64,000 nucleotides of DNA from Candidatus Woesearchaeota archaeon (GCA_964411565.1 CAYPLB010000005.1:24536-88535), one strand, 5' to 3'; positions 47,904 to 59,277 are shown, numbered from the stretch's first letter. A program made the numbers and translations. The notes: generated from the letters alone by a model not told the origin.

Positions 47904-48977
47904 TTATTTACTTAATACCCAAATTTCCCTTAACATTTTAGACTTAGAAGCAGTATAAATAAATGGATCTTCAAATTTAAATCCGGCCTTTCTAAATTTC
48001 TTTTCAAGATTAATAATTGAATATTCTTTCTTAGATCTAGTTTTAAATCTTGGTGCAATTATTACTACTTTTTTCTTTACAGTTTTTCCTAAACCTTCAA
48101 TTAATTTTGAATAAATTGGCTCTAAAATATTCAAAGTATCCTTTGCTTGTTTTTCTGTAGGTATTTTTTTCAAAAATGGACCTAAATAAGGTTCAGAAAC
48201 AACACAATCAACTTCTTTCACATATTTATTTATTTCTTTTGCACTTCCATTAATAATTTTATAACTAACTTTTGTATTATATTCATTTTTTATCCAATCT
48301 AAATTTTTCTTTGAAGCCTCAACACACCACTTTTCATTATCAATTCCAACAACATTAACTCCCTTTAGCATAGCTTCCTGTAAAATAGTCCCAATACCAC
48401 AAAAAGGATCTAACAAAGTTTCTCCTTTTTTTACTTCAGAAAGATTCAACATAATTTTTGCTAACCTAATAGAAATTGTATGTAATGGTCTTTGTTCAGG
48501 TCGATGTAAATCTCTATGTTTATGTTCTTTAGGATTAAAAACAGCTATAGTTTTTCCAATATAATTATTATAAACAACAACCTCTAAAACATTTTGTGCT
48601 TCTGAAGGCATCAAATAATCAACTTTAAAATGTGATTTTTTAATTGTTGCTCTAAGTTTTTCTTTCTTAAAATAATCTCTTAAATTATCTTTTAATTCTG
48701 AAACATCTTCTCCAGTATAATTAGAAACAGCATACCTAATTTTATTTTCTTTACCAAAATATAAATTATCAATACCATCAATAACTTTAACAATCTTCTG
48801 TATACCACCTAATTCTTTAATAACTTCTTTTGCTTTTAATGAACTCAATTCTAATATAATCACAACATCTGTTACATCAATTATCTTAAATTCTATATTT
48901 TTACTATTAAAATAACAATAGAGTTCACTCTTTGATAATTCAGGATCTCTTCCTAACACAAAAATATACTTTTCCAT
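47904..48977 (-). CDS. THUMP-domain tRNA N2-guanine methyltransferase (Trm14-like)
   Basis: MTase motif DPFCGIGTILQEA, with an N-terminal THUMP-like region. Confidence 0.6.
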   Translation of the reverse strand: MEKYIFVLGRDPELSKSELYCYFNSKNIEFKIIDVTDVVIILELSSLKAKEVIKELGGIQKIVKVIDGIDNLYFGKENKIRYAVSNYTGEDVSELKDNLRDYFKKEKLRATIKKSHFKVDYLMPSEAQNVLEVVVYNNYIGKTIAVFNPKEHKHRDLHRPEQRPLHTISIRLAKIMLNLSEVKKGETLLDPFCGIGTILQEAMLKGVNVVGIDNEKWCVEASKKNLDWIKNEYNTKVSYKIINGSAKEINKYVKEVDCVVSEPYLGPFLKKIPTEKQAKDTLNILEPIYSKLIEGLGKTVKKKVVIIAPRFKTRSKKEYSIINLEKKFRKAGFKFEDPFIYTASKSKMLREIWVLSK

Positions 48978-49008
48978 AAAAAATTAGAAATAAACATAGT
49001 TTATAAGA

Positions 49009-50136
49009 TTATTCTTCATCAATTCTATCACTTGCTAGATCTGTTGAACCTGCATTAACAACATTTCTATTCAAAGCACCTCTTATCTTACACATACCAG
49101 CTGCTGCCTCTCTAGCTAATCTATGAGCATCTTGAACAGCACCAATTCTTTTTCTCTTTTTTGCATTTGAAATAATTCTTTTATTATCCATAATAGATCT
49201 AATTAAAACACCAGAATAAGCATCACCTGCTCCTTGAGGAGTAGCAAAACTTTCGACATCAGAACCTTCTATTGAAAGAGCTGATAAACAATGTTCTTCA
49301 ATACTTCTTGTAACTTTATCAATCCAAAATAATTTAGATCCCTTTGAACCTAAAGTTAAAGCCAAATATTCTAATCTTGGAGCAACTTTTTTCTGATCTT
49401 CTTCTAATATAAATAAATCACTTAAGTTATCAACATTTCCAATACTTAATTGATTAACAATAACTTCAGCTTCAGCTTCATTTAATTGTAACAAGTTAGA
49501 TAATTTTAAAACTTCTCTAAAATATGTTCTTGAAAAATCAACACTTCCATCAGTAAGATAAGGTCCAGGAATATAAGCTAAAAATCCATCACCTCTCTCC
49601 TGAACATAAGTTTCAGCTGCTTTTTTCCCAGCTAAAGGTTCAGTAATTGGTAAAACTAAAACATTATGTCTTGCTAAAAAATCTCTTAAACTTGTAGAAA
49701 AAGGTAATCTTTTAAATTTATCAGTAACATCATCTTCCCATAAAGGTGGATCCATAGTATCATCATTTTCATTGTGAACATAAAGACATTGAGCAAGATT
49801 AACATCATCAAATCTTCTAATTTTATCAGTATTTATTCCAGCTTTTTTTAGACAACTAACATATTTATCAGATATTTGATCCTTTCCAACAATTGTAACT
49901 GCAGAAACAATATCTCCTCTCTGTGCAAGCCACTGACCTACAGTTAAAATTGGTCCTCCAAAATTAGCATCATAAAAGTCACAAATACTATCAAAATTAT
50001 CAGGTGTTGTAGAATATTCTAAAGCTTCTTTAATTGACATATCTGGACTATATTTAGAAAACCTATTAATATCAAATTCAAACAAATTATGGTCATAAGC
50101 GCCATGTCCTACTATACAATATCTTACCATTAACAT
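49009..50136 (-). CDS. PfkB-family carbohydrate/nucleoside kinase (GC-richer than surroundings)
   Basis: N-terminal ANFGGP...G motif, TLGSKGS, and a C-terminal GAGDAYSG. Confidence 0.6.
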   Translation of the reverse strand: MLMVRYCIVGHGAYDHNLFEFDINRFSKYSPDMSIKEALEYSTTPDNFDSICDFYDANFGGPILTVGQWLAQRGDIVSAVTIVGKDQISDKYVSCLKKAGINTDKIRRFDDVNLAQCLYVHNENDDTMDPPLWEDDVTDKFKRLPFSTSLRDFLARHNVLVLPITEPLAGKKAAETYVQERGDGFLAYIPGPYLTDGSVDFSRTYFREVLKLSNLLQLNEAEAEVIVNQLSIGNVDNLSDLFILEEDQKKVAPRLEYLALTLGSKGSKLFWIDKVTRSIEEHCLSALSIEGSDVESFATPQGAGDAYSGVLIRSIMDNKRIISNAKKRKRIGAVQDAHRLAREAAAGMCKIRGALNRNVVNAGSTDLASDRIDEE

Positions 50137-50190
50137 CGAGAAATATACAATTCCTTTAAAAAACCTTCGATTTCTAAATAAATTTCAATT

Positions 50191-51036
50191 CTAAAATAAT
50201 TTGGTTTCTTCTAACACTTTTCTAGCATAAATTGAATCTTTCAAAACAACAACTCTAAATAAACCTTTTTTCTCTAACAAATTTGTTAACTGATCTAAAT
50301 CCAAAGACTTCAAATCTTTAAACTTCTTAAAAAAATCATGAATTTCCTTATTTATTTCATCATCTCCATAAAAACTAAAAATTAAATCTCCCATTACATT
50401 AACATTCCAATGTAAACCAGGATCTTTTGATTGTAAGACATTTACCCCAATCTTTTTCTCATAATCACAACAAAATTTATCAATTTCTGAATCTGCACCA
50501 CAAATACAATAAAATCCTGATTTTAATTTTCTTACTACTTGTTTTTCTTTCATAGGATATACTAAAGGCCACCAATTGTGTGTATAATGCATTAGTATAT
50601 TTTTATCTTCTTCAAAAAACTCATTAAAATAATCTAAAAGCTCTAAAAAATAAACATCTAATTGTGCATAAGATTCAAATTCAAATGACATAGAATCCCC
50701 ATCATTCTTTAATTCTAATAATTTATTTATTGAATGTTTCTTCTGAGTTGTGTAATTTGATACAATTAAATCAGAAAATAAGCCTACTTGCCTTATCCAT
50801 TCAAGATTCAAAAGAAATTTTTTATTCTTAGAAATAATTACTTTCTCTTTCATCAACTGATTTAGTTCCTTATGAACAGATTGATATGAAACTGTTTGGT
50901 TAAATAATTGCTTAATTTTAGTTTTCAATTCTTTAACTGTTAGTGGAAACTCAGTCGATAAAATTACAATAATCTTCTCCTTCACAGTTTTAGGAGTAAG
51001 CTTCGGAAGTAATGCTCTAATAATCATTTTCAACAA
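50191..51036 (-). CDS. Hypothetical protein
   Basis: 281-aa ORF with a Cys cluster. Confidence 0.45.
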   Translation of the reverse strand: MLKMIIRALLPKLTPKTVKEKIIVILSTEFPLTVKELKTKIKQLFNQTVSYQSVHKELNQLMKEKVIISKNKKFLLNLEWIRQVGLFSDLIVSNYTTQKKHSINKLLELKNDGDSMSFEFESYAQLDVYFLELLDYFNEFFEEDKNILMHYTHNWWPLVYPMKEKQVVRKLKSGFYCICGADSEIDKFCCDYEKKIGVNVLQSKDPGLHWNVNVMGDLIFSFYGDDEINKEIHDFFKKFKDLKSLDLDQLTNLLEKKGLFRVVVLKDSIYARKVLEETKLF

Positions 51037-51147
51037 TAATTATTTATTTCCTATATTTAAATGTTTTCATTTTTAAACTTTATGGTTTAAAAATCTTTTA
51101 ACTGGCTCTTAATAAAGGAATTTGCTATTATAATTTTATATTTTAAG

Positions 51148-51477
51148 ATGAATATACAAATAAAAGAAAACGGGTGCAAGGATCCAGAGGTCTTGGTTTT
51201 AGATACTAGATTACCTTATTTTTATTCTCATATTAAAAAAGTTTTTGATAAAGAACCAAAAAATATCAAAGTTCACATTGTAGATTGTAAGGAAAAATTT
51301 AAATCTTATGGTGGAAATGGTGAACCAGTTTATTCAAATGAAAATAACATATATATTTGTGACCCAAGCTTATTAGAATCTTCACATATGATTTGTAGAT
51401 CTAATTTTTATAAAATTTTATGTCAAGAAATACTATTTTTATTTTACCAAACAAATAAACAAGCAACTCTTAACTAA
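51148..51477 (+). CDS. Hypothetical protein
   Basis: 109-aa ORF. Confidence 0.35.
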   Translation: MNIQIKENGCKDPEVLVLDTRLPYFYSHIKKVFDKEPKNIKVHIVDCKEKFKSYGGNGEPVYSNENNIYICDPSLLESSHMICRSNFYKILCQEILFLFYQTNKQATLN

Positions 51478-52538
51478 TCTAAATTTTCAAATTTTATATA
51501 ATTCATTCCAGGAATATTCTTTTTAATATAATCTTTTGTTTTCTTACTTAATTCAGCATTAGAAAAATATAATATAGGTAACTTTAAAGTTTGACTTTCA
51601 GTAAATGCTAATAATAAATCTCCTTCATTTAATCTTTTCCTTCTTCTTGCCTTAACAAAATATTTTAAATCACCTGCTTGAGAAGGAACTTTCACAATCA
51701 TATTAATTTCTCTATTCTTTTTTACAATTAAAGTTCTAATTATTTCAATACCATTATCTTCCATATAAACATTTAGCATATTAAGTAAATCTTTTTCTTT
51801 TACAACTTCCTCAACATCTTTTTTCAATTTTTTTTGTTTTACAACTTCAACTTTTTTCTTCTTTATTATCTTCTTTTTCAAAACTTTCTTTTTAACTTTC
51901 TTTACTTTGACTTCTTCTATCTTAGGTTTTTCTTTAACTTCAACTTTTATTTCTTCTTCATGTTCTTCAACAACTTCAGGTTCTTTCTTCTCTATAACTT
52001 CTTCTTTTTCTTCTTCTTTAGGTGCAGGAGGCTCAGGAACTTCTATTTCAACCTTTTCTTCCTTTTTCAAACCATAAATATCTTCTAAAATAATCTCAAT
52101 TAAATCCTTTGCATCATCATCCTTCAACATATACCATCTCCAGAATAATTCTTCAGTTTCATTAATCACTAACCTAACTGGTCTAGCAAAATCTGACATT
52201 TCTCTCAAGGCAACCCTTTCAAAAGGCAAACAATCTCTATCTCTTAGAACTTTTTTTTCAAACAAAATATCTAAAGCTTCTTTTTGTTTCTTACCTATAT
52301 AATCTTTCAACATAGAATACAATCTATCTTTTTGATGATCACAATAATATAATGGTGAACCTCCTATTTTTGCCTTTGTTAGTTTTATTTTTTTATTTGT
52401 AACTAACTCTGACAACAAAGCAGATATAAATAAATTAGTTCCTTTGAATTCTTTAGCTACATTTGTAGGTAACAAAGGCCCCCTACTAGAAACATAACTA
52501 AGTATTTCCTCTTTTAATTGAACAATCCTATTGCTCAT
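51474..52538 (-). CDS. Winged-helix N-terminal domain protein with long Lys/Glu-rich central region
   Basis: N-terminus resembles a wHTH; ~90-aa K/E low-complexity stretch; folded C-terminal domain. Confidence 0.45.
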   Translation of the reverse strand: MSNRIVQLKEEILSYVSSRGPLLPTNVAKEFKGTNLFISALLSELVTNKKIKLTKAKIGGSPLYYCDHQKDRLYSMLKDYIGKKQKEALDILFEKKVLRDRDCLPFERVALREMSDFARPVRLVINETEELFWRWYMLKDDDAKDLIEIILEDIYGLKKEEKVEIEVPEPPAPKEEEKEEVIEKKEPEVVEEHEEEIKVEVKEKPKIEEVKVKKVKKKVLKKKIIKKKKVEVVKQKKLKKDVEEVVKEKDLLNMLNVYMEDNGIEIIRTLIVKKNREINMIVKVPSQAGDLKYFVKARRRKRLNEGDLLLAFTESQTLKLPILYFSNAELSKKTKDYIKKNIPGMNYIKFENLD

Positions 52539-52595
52539 AATGAACCTTATATAAAAGAGTGTTTAAATATATTTATATTCTATCAAGTAGAAATT

Positions 52596-53138
52596 TCAAG
52601 GCCTAGTCCAAGCAATAGAATAATAAGTACAATCACCTTCATCATCTACTATAGCAATTAATAATCTTTTCCTTGTTGAATGTGCTACTCTATTTTTTGC
52701 TGCAAACTCATGCCAGCTACAAGAATCTGCTTCAGAAATAGGATACATAATCCATTTTGCATGATCTTCTCCAGGTTTAACACCTCTATCATAAACTCTA
52801 AAATCTGCACCAAATTTCAAAGCTGTCTTAACAATATAACCTCTATTCCGCATATCCTTATAACCCATATATTTAATCCAAAAATTTTTATTTTTCTTTC
52901 TTGCAAATTTTAAAAAAGTATCATAATCTAATTCTTTTTTACCTTTCATAATCTTCATTTTTTTTCTTTCTAAGAGATAAAGTGCTTCAACTTGAGAATA
53001 TTGATATTTTTTCTTTAGAGGTTCACCATATCTATTTTTATCATAAAACTCTCTAGCAATATCTGAATTTTCAGCAATAACTTGTCCTTCAACATATTCA
53101 GCTACAATAATTTCATCATTTTTACTAGACATAAGCAT
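52596..53138 (-). CDS. endA: tRNA-splicing endonuclease
   Basis: Catalytic C-terminal YKDMRNRGYIVKTALKFGADFRVYDRG...HAKWIM. Confidence 0.75.
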   Translation of the reverse strand: MLMSSKNDEIIVAEYVEGQVIAENSDIAREFYDKNRYGEPLKKKYQYSQVEALYLLERKKMKIMKGKKELDYDTFLKFARKKNKNFWIKYMGYKDMRNRGYIVKTALKFGADFRVYDRGVKPGEDHAKWIMYPISEADSCSWHEFAAKNRVAHSTRKRLLIAIVDDEGDCTYYSIAWTRP

Positions 53139-53184
53139 AATGGGGAAAGAAAACTATTTAAAAGCTTTTCTTTTTAAATAGTTC

Positions 53185-54075
53185 ATGGAAATTACAATAT
53201 TAGGAACTAGTTCAATGGTACCAACAAAAGATAGGAATCATTCAGCTACATTTCTATCCTACAAAAGTGAAAAAATCTTAATAGACTGCGGAGAAGGAAC
53301 TCAAAGACAAATTAGAAAAGCAAAATTGAGCCCTGTAAAGATCACAAAAATATTAATTACTCATTGGCATGGTGACCATGTTTTAGGATTACCAGGTTTA
53401 ATGCTAACATTAGGACATTCAGGATATAATAAGACATTAGATATTTATGGTCCAGTTGGAACAAAAAAATTTATGTCTTACATTTACAAATTCTTTGACA
53501 CTAGATTTAAAATTGATTACAAAGTTCACGAAGTAAAAAGTGGAACCTTTTTTGAAAATGATGATTTTAAACTTGAATCCAAAGAATTAGATCATGGAGA
53601 AATTTGTTTAGCCTATTCATTCATTGAAAAAGATAAAAGAAAAATTGATAAAAAATATTTAGAAAAAAATAAGATAAAAACAAATCCTAAATTGAAATTA
53701 TTGAAAGAAGGTAAAAATATAGTTTACAAAGATAAAAAAATTCTAGCATCAAAAGCAACATTTATAGTTCCAGGTAAAAAAATAACTTTTGTAGCAGATA
53801 CAAAAGCTTGTAAAAATGCAATAAAAATTGCAAAAAAATCAGATTTATTATTTTGTGAATCAACTTTCTTAACAGAATTACAAGAAAAAGCAAAAGAAAC
53901 TAGTCATTTAACTGTAAAGGATGCAACAGATATAGCAAAAAAATCAAAATCAAAAAAATTAATTTTAACACATTTTTCTCAAAGGTATAAAGATCTTAAA
54001 GTAATAGAAAAAGAGGCAAAAAAATACTTCAAAAATACTGAAATTGCTGAAGACTTCAAAAAAATTAAACTTTAA
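53185..54075 (+). CDS. rnz: Ribonuclease Z (tRNase Z)
   Basis: Metallo-beta-lactamase motif ITHWHGDHVLG and overall length. Confidence 0.8.
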   Translation: MEITILGTSSMVPTKDRNHSATFLSYKSEKILIDCGEGTQRQIRKAKLSPVKITKILITHWHGDHVLGLPGLMLTLGHSGYNKTLDIYGPVGTKKFMSYIYKFFDTRFKIDYKVHEVKSGTFFENDDFKLESKELDHGEICLAYSFIEKDKRKIDKKYLEKNKIKTNPKLKLLKEGKNIVYKDKKILASKATFIVPGKKITFVADTKACKNAIKIAKKSDLLFCESTFLTELQEKAKETSHLTVKDATDIAKKSKSKKLILTHFSQRYKDLKVIEKEAKKYFKNTEIAEDFKKIKL

Positions 54076-54929
54076 TTTTTATATCTATCAAAAAGAATAA
54101 AAGTTCCCCAAATCTCTGCAACTAAATTTAATAGTACTCCAAATAAACTTATTAATATTAAGGTAACCAAAACAAAAATAGTATTTGAACTTAATCCTTG
54201 AATTAAACTAAGAATATAGTTTACTATTCCCGTAAAAATCCAAATTACAATACTTAATAATATAATAAACAACCAAGTAACAAAAACATATACTGGATCT
54301 TTTCTAAAATAATTAATTGATTTTAACAAGGCAGACCAAGCCTTTATTTTTTTGGATAAAAATAAAACAGGATATCTAAATAATATTCCTAATTTCAAAA
54401 CAAATATTGATAATAAAATTAAAATTACTGAAATTAATAATGTTAAGAACTTAGCCAATTCAACATTAAACTGACTCACTATAAAATATACTAATCCACT
54501 GACAAGAGTTATAAAAATTACAATAACTAAACTTAAAAAAAACACAAAAAGTTTCATTAATACTATTTGCCAGAAATTTTTATGACTTACCTTATAAGAT
54601 TTTATCAATGATGCTTTTTTACCTCTGATTACATTTTTTATCATTTCAAATTTTAAAGCAAGTACACTAACCCCAAAGAAAAAAGTAGTTACTACAAAAA
54701 CAACAACAGAAGTTAAAATACTAACAACATTATCTGAAAAATATTCTTTTAATATTTCTAATGATCCACCTCCACTTTGCATTAGACTAAAAATTTCACC
54801 AATCCCTGTATAAGCATTTATAACATAAAGCAAAAGATAAGTAAATGCTATGAATGCTAAATCAGGAACAAAAACAATTAAATTTTTTGTCCATTGGTTA
54901 AAACTTTTCTTAAAAACATCAACATTCAT
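54072..54929 (-). CDS. Polytopic membrane protein, hypothetical
   Basis: Six or more TM helices. Confidence 0.5.
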   Translation of the reverse strand: MNVDVFKKSFNQWTKNLIVFVPDLAFIAFTYLLLYVINAYTGIGEIFSLMQSGGGSLEILKEYFSDNVVSILTSVVVFVVTTFFFGVSVLALKFEMIKNVIRGKKASLIKSYKVSHKNFWQIVLMKLFVFFLSLVIVIFITLVSGLVYFIVSQFNVELAKFLTLLISVILILLSIFVLKLGILFRYPVLFLSKKIKAWSALLKSINYFRKDPVYVFVTWLFIILLSIVIWIFTGIVNYILSLIQGLSSNTIFVLVTLILISLFGVLLNLVAEIWGTFILFDRYKN

Positions 54930-54973
54930 ATTACAATCTCAGATTAAATAACTTAAAAAGTTTTCGTAAAAAA

Positions 54974-55204
54974 TTATCCAAGAAGTGTAACTAAACCTAA
55001 GTCTTCAATTTCTCCACATTCTTCAACAAATCTTTCTTTCTTTTCAAAAGATAACTTTTTATCAAATACTATTTTTACTGCATCCACTTGAAAAAAATCA
55101 TAAATATCACTTACTTTAGAATTATATTTTTTAGCTAATTCATACAATGCATCAGGTACATCATATTCTTTTAATAATATTCTTACATATTGACTCATAC
55201 TCAA
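54974..55204 (-). CDS. Small hypothetical protein
   Basis: 76-aa ORF. Confidence 0.35.
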   Translation of the reverse strand: MSMSQYVRILLKEYDVPDALYELAKKYNSKVSDIYDFFQVDAVKIVFDKKLSFEKKERFVEECGEIEDLGLVTLLG

Positions 55205-55237
55205 AAAAACAAAAAACAGAGTATATAAAATTTATTA

Positions 55238-56233
55238 TTATTCTACACTTATTTTGTTCCCTTCAACTAAAAATTTTACATCCAAGAATTTTTCAATAAC
55301 TTCTATATTTCTTTTAACATGATTTGTAAATTCAGGGACTATATAAGAACCTCCAGCTATAGCAATATAAGGTAACAACATATCTCCTGTATGTACATCT
55401 ACAGTACCATTTTCATAAGATTTTATCAAAGATCTAGCAGCCTCTTCCCCTACTAATTCAGCTCTTTTACCTCTTTCACCAACACAATCTCCTCCAAAAA
55501 AACTATTTTCAGTTTCAATTGTAATTTGTATTCCTGAACCAACACATAAAGCATCAGCATATTTCACCTTTACATCAACGGGTAAAGAAAATTTTTCTTC
55601 TAAGATTTTCTTAGCAGCATCTGCTTGCCTATCTGCAACCTTAGGGCTTTCTAATTGGCGACTTGCAACAGAAACAATTTCAATGTTCTTTATAGGTCCC
55701 TTTTCTAAAAGATCTAATCTCTTCAAATCAGCTTTTTTTGAATTTACCTCAACTCTTGCACCACCTTTTGGAAAAAAACCATGATGATCAACTTTTGAAC
55801 TTACTTCATATCCCATTTTTTTCAACAAAGGAAATAAAACATTATCAAAATAATAAATTGGAGGAGCAAATAATCCAAAAGTTGCACCTCCCTTTACTCT
55901 TATTAACAAATCTGTTTTTATTGTTGGTATCAATAAAGATTGTAATAACAAACCTATAGAACCTGCTGTATTAATCTCAACTTCCAATTCTCCACTTTTT
56001 ATTGTTTCAGGTTTAAACACAATTTTTTCAGAACCTAATTCTGCACCTGCAACTTCACCTTCACATAACTCTAAAGCTGCTAAAACTCCTTTCAAGTGTT
56101 GCTCTTTCAAACCTTTTTGTGGCCTTATTGCTCTAATATTATCCATAGAAAAATCTTTTCCTATTAATACAGATAATCCTAAAGCAGATCTAAGAATTTG
56201 TCCTCCACCTTCACTTCCATCAATTTCTATCAT
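55238..56233 (-). CDS. rtcA: RNA 3'-terminal phosphate cyclase
   Basis: N-terminal IDGSEGGGQILRSALGLSVL. Confidence 0.8.
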   Translation of the reverse strand: MIEIDGSEGGGQILRSALGLSVLIGKDFSMDNIRAIRPQKGLKEQHLKGVLAALELCEGEVAGAELGSEKIVFKPETIKSGELEVEINTAGSIGLLLQSLLIPTIKTDLLIRVKGGATFGLFAPPIYYFDNVLFPLLKKMGYEVSSKVDHHGFFPKGGARVEVNSKKADLKRLDLLEKGPIKNIEIVSVASRQLESPKVADRQADAAKKILEEKFSLPVDVKVKYADALCVGSGIQITIETENSFFGGDCVGERGKRAELVGEEAARSLIKSYENGTVDVHTGDMLLPYIAIAGGSYIVPEFTNHVKRNIEVIEKFLDVKFLVEGNKISVE

Positions 56234-56271
56234 AGGAAAATAAATACAAAAGAAATATTTAAGCTTTTAGA

Positions 56272-57063
56272 TTAAATTCCCAAATTTGGAAATTTAAAAT
56301 CACCTTGATAAGATCTAAAATTTACAGGTTGAACTTCACCAGTATAAAGTTTAATTCCTCTTTCAACAAGTTGTAGCCCAATAGTCCTTCCTTGATTTTT
56401 TTCACAAGGACTACAAAGAAAATTCTTAACTCCTGTATAAGTTGAATCTCTTTTAGCAGCTTCTTCATCAATTGTTGTACTTAATGGTATTACTCCATCC
56501 AAATATCTAAAAAGATATTTTTCTAATCCTTTCAATCTATATTCAAAATGTAATCTTTCATCCTTAAAACCTAAGAAAAAATCACCATCATCAAAGAATT
56601 CTAAACTTTCAAGTTCACTCTTTACTTCTTCATATTCCCTTTTTCTAGAACCTTTTAATTTATCCATTAGATCAAACATATCTCTTCCATCATGTCCTGA
56701 ACCACCATAAGAATTCAAGAACATTAAATCTAAACCTAAAACTGAAAAAACACCTTCTTTATCAAATGTACCTTCCTCTTCTTCTTCTCTATACATTTCC
56801 TCAATAACTCTTGGATCATCTCCAACTGATACAAGTAATTTAAAACTTTCATTTCCAAAAAGTTCAGTTAAAGCAAAATTTACAATTCCTGAAGCATATT
56901 CTGTTGTACTTGTAACAACATCTTGATCATCAACATGCATAATAAGAAGTTCTTTAAGTCCACTATTATTAATAGCCTTTAATCTATTAATTATTCTTTC
57001 ATCTGGTTCCCCTGGAAAGATTCTATTCATTTGGCCTATAGCACTCATTGTACTTAAAAACAA
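56272..57063 (-). CDS. Hypothetical protein
   Basis: 263-aa ORF. Confidence 0.45.
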   Translation of the reverse strand: MFLSTMSAIGQMNRIFPGEPDERIINRLKAINNSGLKELLIMHVDDQDVVTSTTEYASGIVNFALTELFGNESFKLLVSVGDDPRVIEEMYREEEEEGTFDKEGVFSVLGLDLMFLNSYGGSGHDGRDMFDLMDKLKGSRKREYEEVKSELESLEFFDDGDFFLGFKDERLHFEYRLKGLEKYLFRYLDGVIPLSTTIDEEAAKRDSTYTGVKNFLCSPCEKNQGRTIGLQLVERGIKLYTGEVQPVNFRSYQGDFKFPNLGI

Positions 57064-57126
57064 ACATTTAGAAATATATAACTATTACTAGACTTTAACA
57101 ATATTGTTAAAAAATAAATAAAAAAA

Positions 57127-59223
57127 TTAAAGAAAGTTTAGAAGTAAACCACCATATTTGATAAACAGTGGTACAAAGACTAAACTGATAATAGCCATTA
57201 GCTTCATCAAAATATTTAATCCTGGACCAGATGTATCTTTACATGGATCTCCTACTGTATCACCAATAACAGCTGCAGCATGACAGTGACTTCCTTTACC
57301 ACCATGAGCACCACTTTCAATATACTTCTTTGCATTGTCCCAAGCTCCACCAGCATTTGCTTTTGCAATAGCTAACACAACTCCAGCTGATAAAGCACCA
57401 GCAAGCACACCTGCTAAAGTTTCAACACCAAATAACAATCCTACTAATATTGGAGTTAAAACCACTAACAAACCAGGAGCTATCATTTCTCTCAATGCAG
57501 AAGCTGTTGCAATATCTACACACTTTGTAGAATCTGGTTTTGCTTTACCTTCCATTAGGCCTTCTATTTCTTTAAACTGTCTTCTAACTTCAACTATGAT
57601 AGCCTGAGCAGCTTTTCCTACAGACTTCATAGTCATAGCTGAAAACAAGAAAGGCAACATTGCTCCAAAAAACAATCCAGCAATCACTTTACTATCCAAT
57701 AGATTCACAGCATCAATTCCAGAAGCTAAGATAAAAGCACTAAACAAAGCTAATCCAGTTAAAGCAGCAGAACCAATTGCAAAACCTTTTCCTATAGCAG
57801 CAGTTGTATTTCCAGCAGCATCTAAAATATCTGTTTTGTTTCTAACTTCAGAAGGTAGACCAGCCATTTCTGCAATTCCACCAGCATTATCAGCAACTGG
57901 TCCATAAGCATCAATAGCTAAACCAATAACTAAAGTTGACAACATACCTAAAGCAGCAATAGCAATTCCATACATACCAGCACTTTGATATCCTACAAAA
58001 ATTACAATAGCTAACAATATAACAGGAATAACTGCACTTTCATACCCAAGAGCAATTCCTTGAATAATATTTGTAGCAGCTCCAGTTTCAGTAGACTTTG
58101 CAACTTTCTTTACAGGATTATAAGCATGTGAAGTAAAATATTCTGTTACTAAACCTATCAATAAACCTGCAATTAAACCAACTGCAAACGAAACAAAAAC
58201 TCCAGTAGCTCCATAAGTTACTTCATTGATATCAAAACTTGAAGGCAACCATATCTTTGTTAAAAAATACATTGATACTAACATTAGAGCTGATGAAATA
58301 ATTAATCCTCTCTTTAAAACTCTCTCAACATCACCACTAGTCTTTTTATTCAAACCTAATTTCATAAACCAGATTGTAATAAAAGCTGCTAGGATTCCAA
58401 TTGCTGAAATTGCTAAAGGATATAACAAAGCTGTTTCCATATTTATTCCACCAAAAGCTACAGCTCCAATAACTAAAGCAGCAGCAGTACTTTCAGCACA
58501 ACTTCCAAAAAGATCAGCTCCCATACCTGCAGTATCTCCAACATTATCTCCTACATTATCTGCAATAACAGCAGGATTTCTTGGATCATCTTCAGGAATT
58601 CCAGCTTCCAGTTTACCAACTAAATCTGCACCAACATCAGCAGCTTTTGTATAAATACCACCACCAACTCTTGCAAATAAAGCAATTGAGCTTCCACCAA
58701 GAGCAAATCCAGTAATAATTTCCATAGTAGTAATTGCTTCTAATCCCATTTGACTAAACAATAAATACAAACCACCTAAACCAATAACAGCAATACCTAC
58801 TAAAGCAAAACCTAATACAGCTCCAGACTTAAATGAAATATTAAAAGCTTTTTCAAGACTAGATCTTGCAGCATGTGTAGTTCTTACATTTGCTCTTGTA
58901 GCAATTTTCATACCTATATAACCAGCTACCATAGAAAGAACACAACCTAAAACAAATGCTAAAGCAGTCCAAGGAGCTTCATTAAAACTTGTTGAAGGGT
59001 GATCTAAAAAAATTGCAATAATCACACCCATTACGACTATAAACCAGGCCATAACTTTATACTCTCTCTTCAAGAAAGCCATTGAACCTTCATGAATAGC
59101 ATCAGAGAGTTCTTTCATCTTATCTGTTCCTGCAGGCTGTTTATTTACAACTTCAGCCAAATACTTTGCAAAAACTAAAGACAGAACTCCTACGACCAGA
59201 ATGAATAATATAAATCCTATCAT
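57127..59223 (-). CDS. hppA: Membrane-bound H+-translocating pyrophosphatase
   Basis: [16 protein letters not shown] and GDTVGDP signatures; about 16 TM helices. Confidence 0.85.
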   Translation of the reverse strand: MIGFILFILVVGVLSLVFAKYLAEVVNKQPAGTDKMKELSDAIHEGSMAFLKREYKVMAWFIVVMGVIIAIFLDHPSTSFNEAPWTALAFVLGCVLSMVAGYIGMKIATRANVRTTHAARSSLEKAFNISFKSGAVLGFALVGIAVIGLGGLYLLFSQMGLEAITTMEIITGFALGGSSIALFARVGGGIYTKAADVGADLVGKLEAGIPEDDPRNPAVIADNVGDNVGDTAGMGADLFGSCAESTAAALVIGAVAFGGINMETALLYPLAISAIGILAAFITIWFMKLGLNKKTSGDVERVLKRGLIISSALMLVSMYFLTKIWLPSSFDINEVTYGATGVFVSFAVGLIAGLLIGLVTEYFTSHAYNPVKKVAKSTETGAATNIIQGIALGYESAVIPVILLAIVIFVGYQSAGMYGIAIAALGMLSTLVIGLAIDAYGPVADNAGGIAEMAGLPSEVRNKTDILDAAGNTTAAIGKGFAIGSAALTGLALFSAFILASGIDAVNLLDSKVIAGLFFGAMLPFLFSAMTMKSVGKAAQAIIVEVRRQFKEIEGLMEGKAKPDSTKCVDIATASALREMIAPGLLVVLTPILVGLLFGVETLAGVLAGALSAGVVLAIAKANAGGAWDNAKKYIESGAHGGKGSHCHAAAVIGDTVGDPCKDTSGPGLNILMKLMAIISLVFVPLFIKYGGLLLNFL

Positions 59224-59277
59224 TTATTTTTACCTCATAATTATACTCCCAAAAAAATAGAAAGGAATATTTAAAAG

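Noticed and set aside
51834-52088. 84-aa poly-Phe ORF on the plus strand
   Set aside because: It is the antisense reading of the Lys/Glu-rich repeat inside the gene at 51474-52538.
58226-58654. 142-aa ORF antisense to the H+-PPase gene (the 57335-57607 ORF is a similar case)
   Set aside because: Antisense ORFs are expected in a long GC-skewed membrane-protein gene; hppA motifs are unambiguous.
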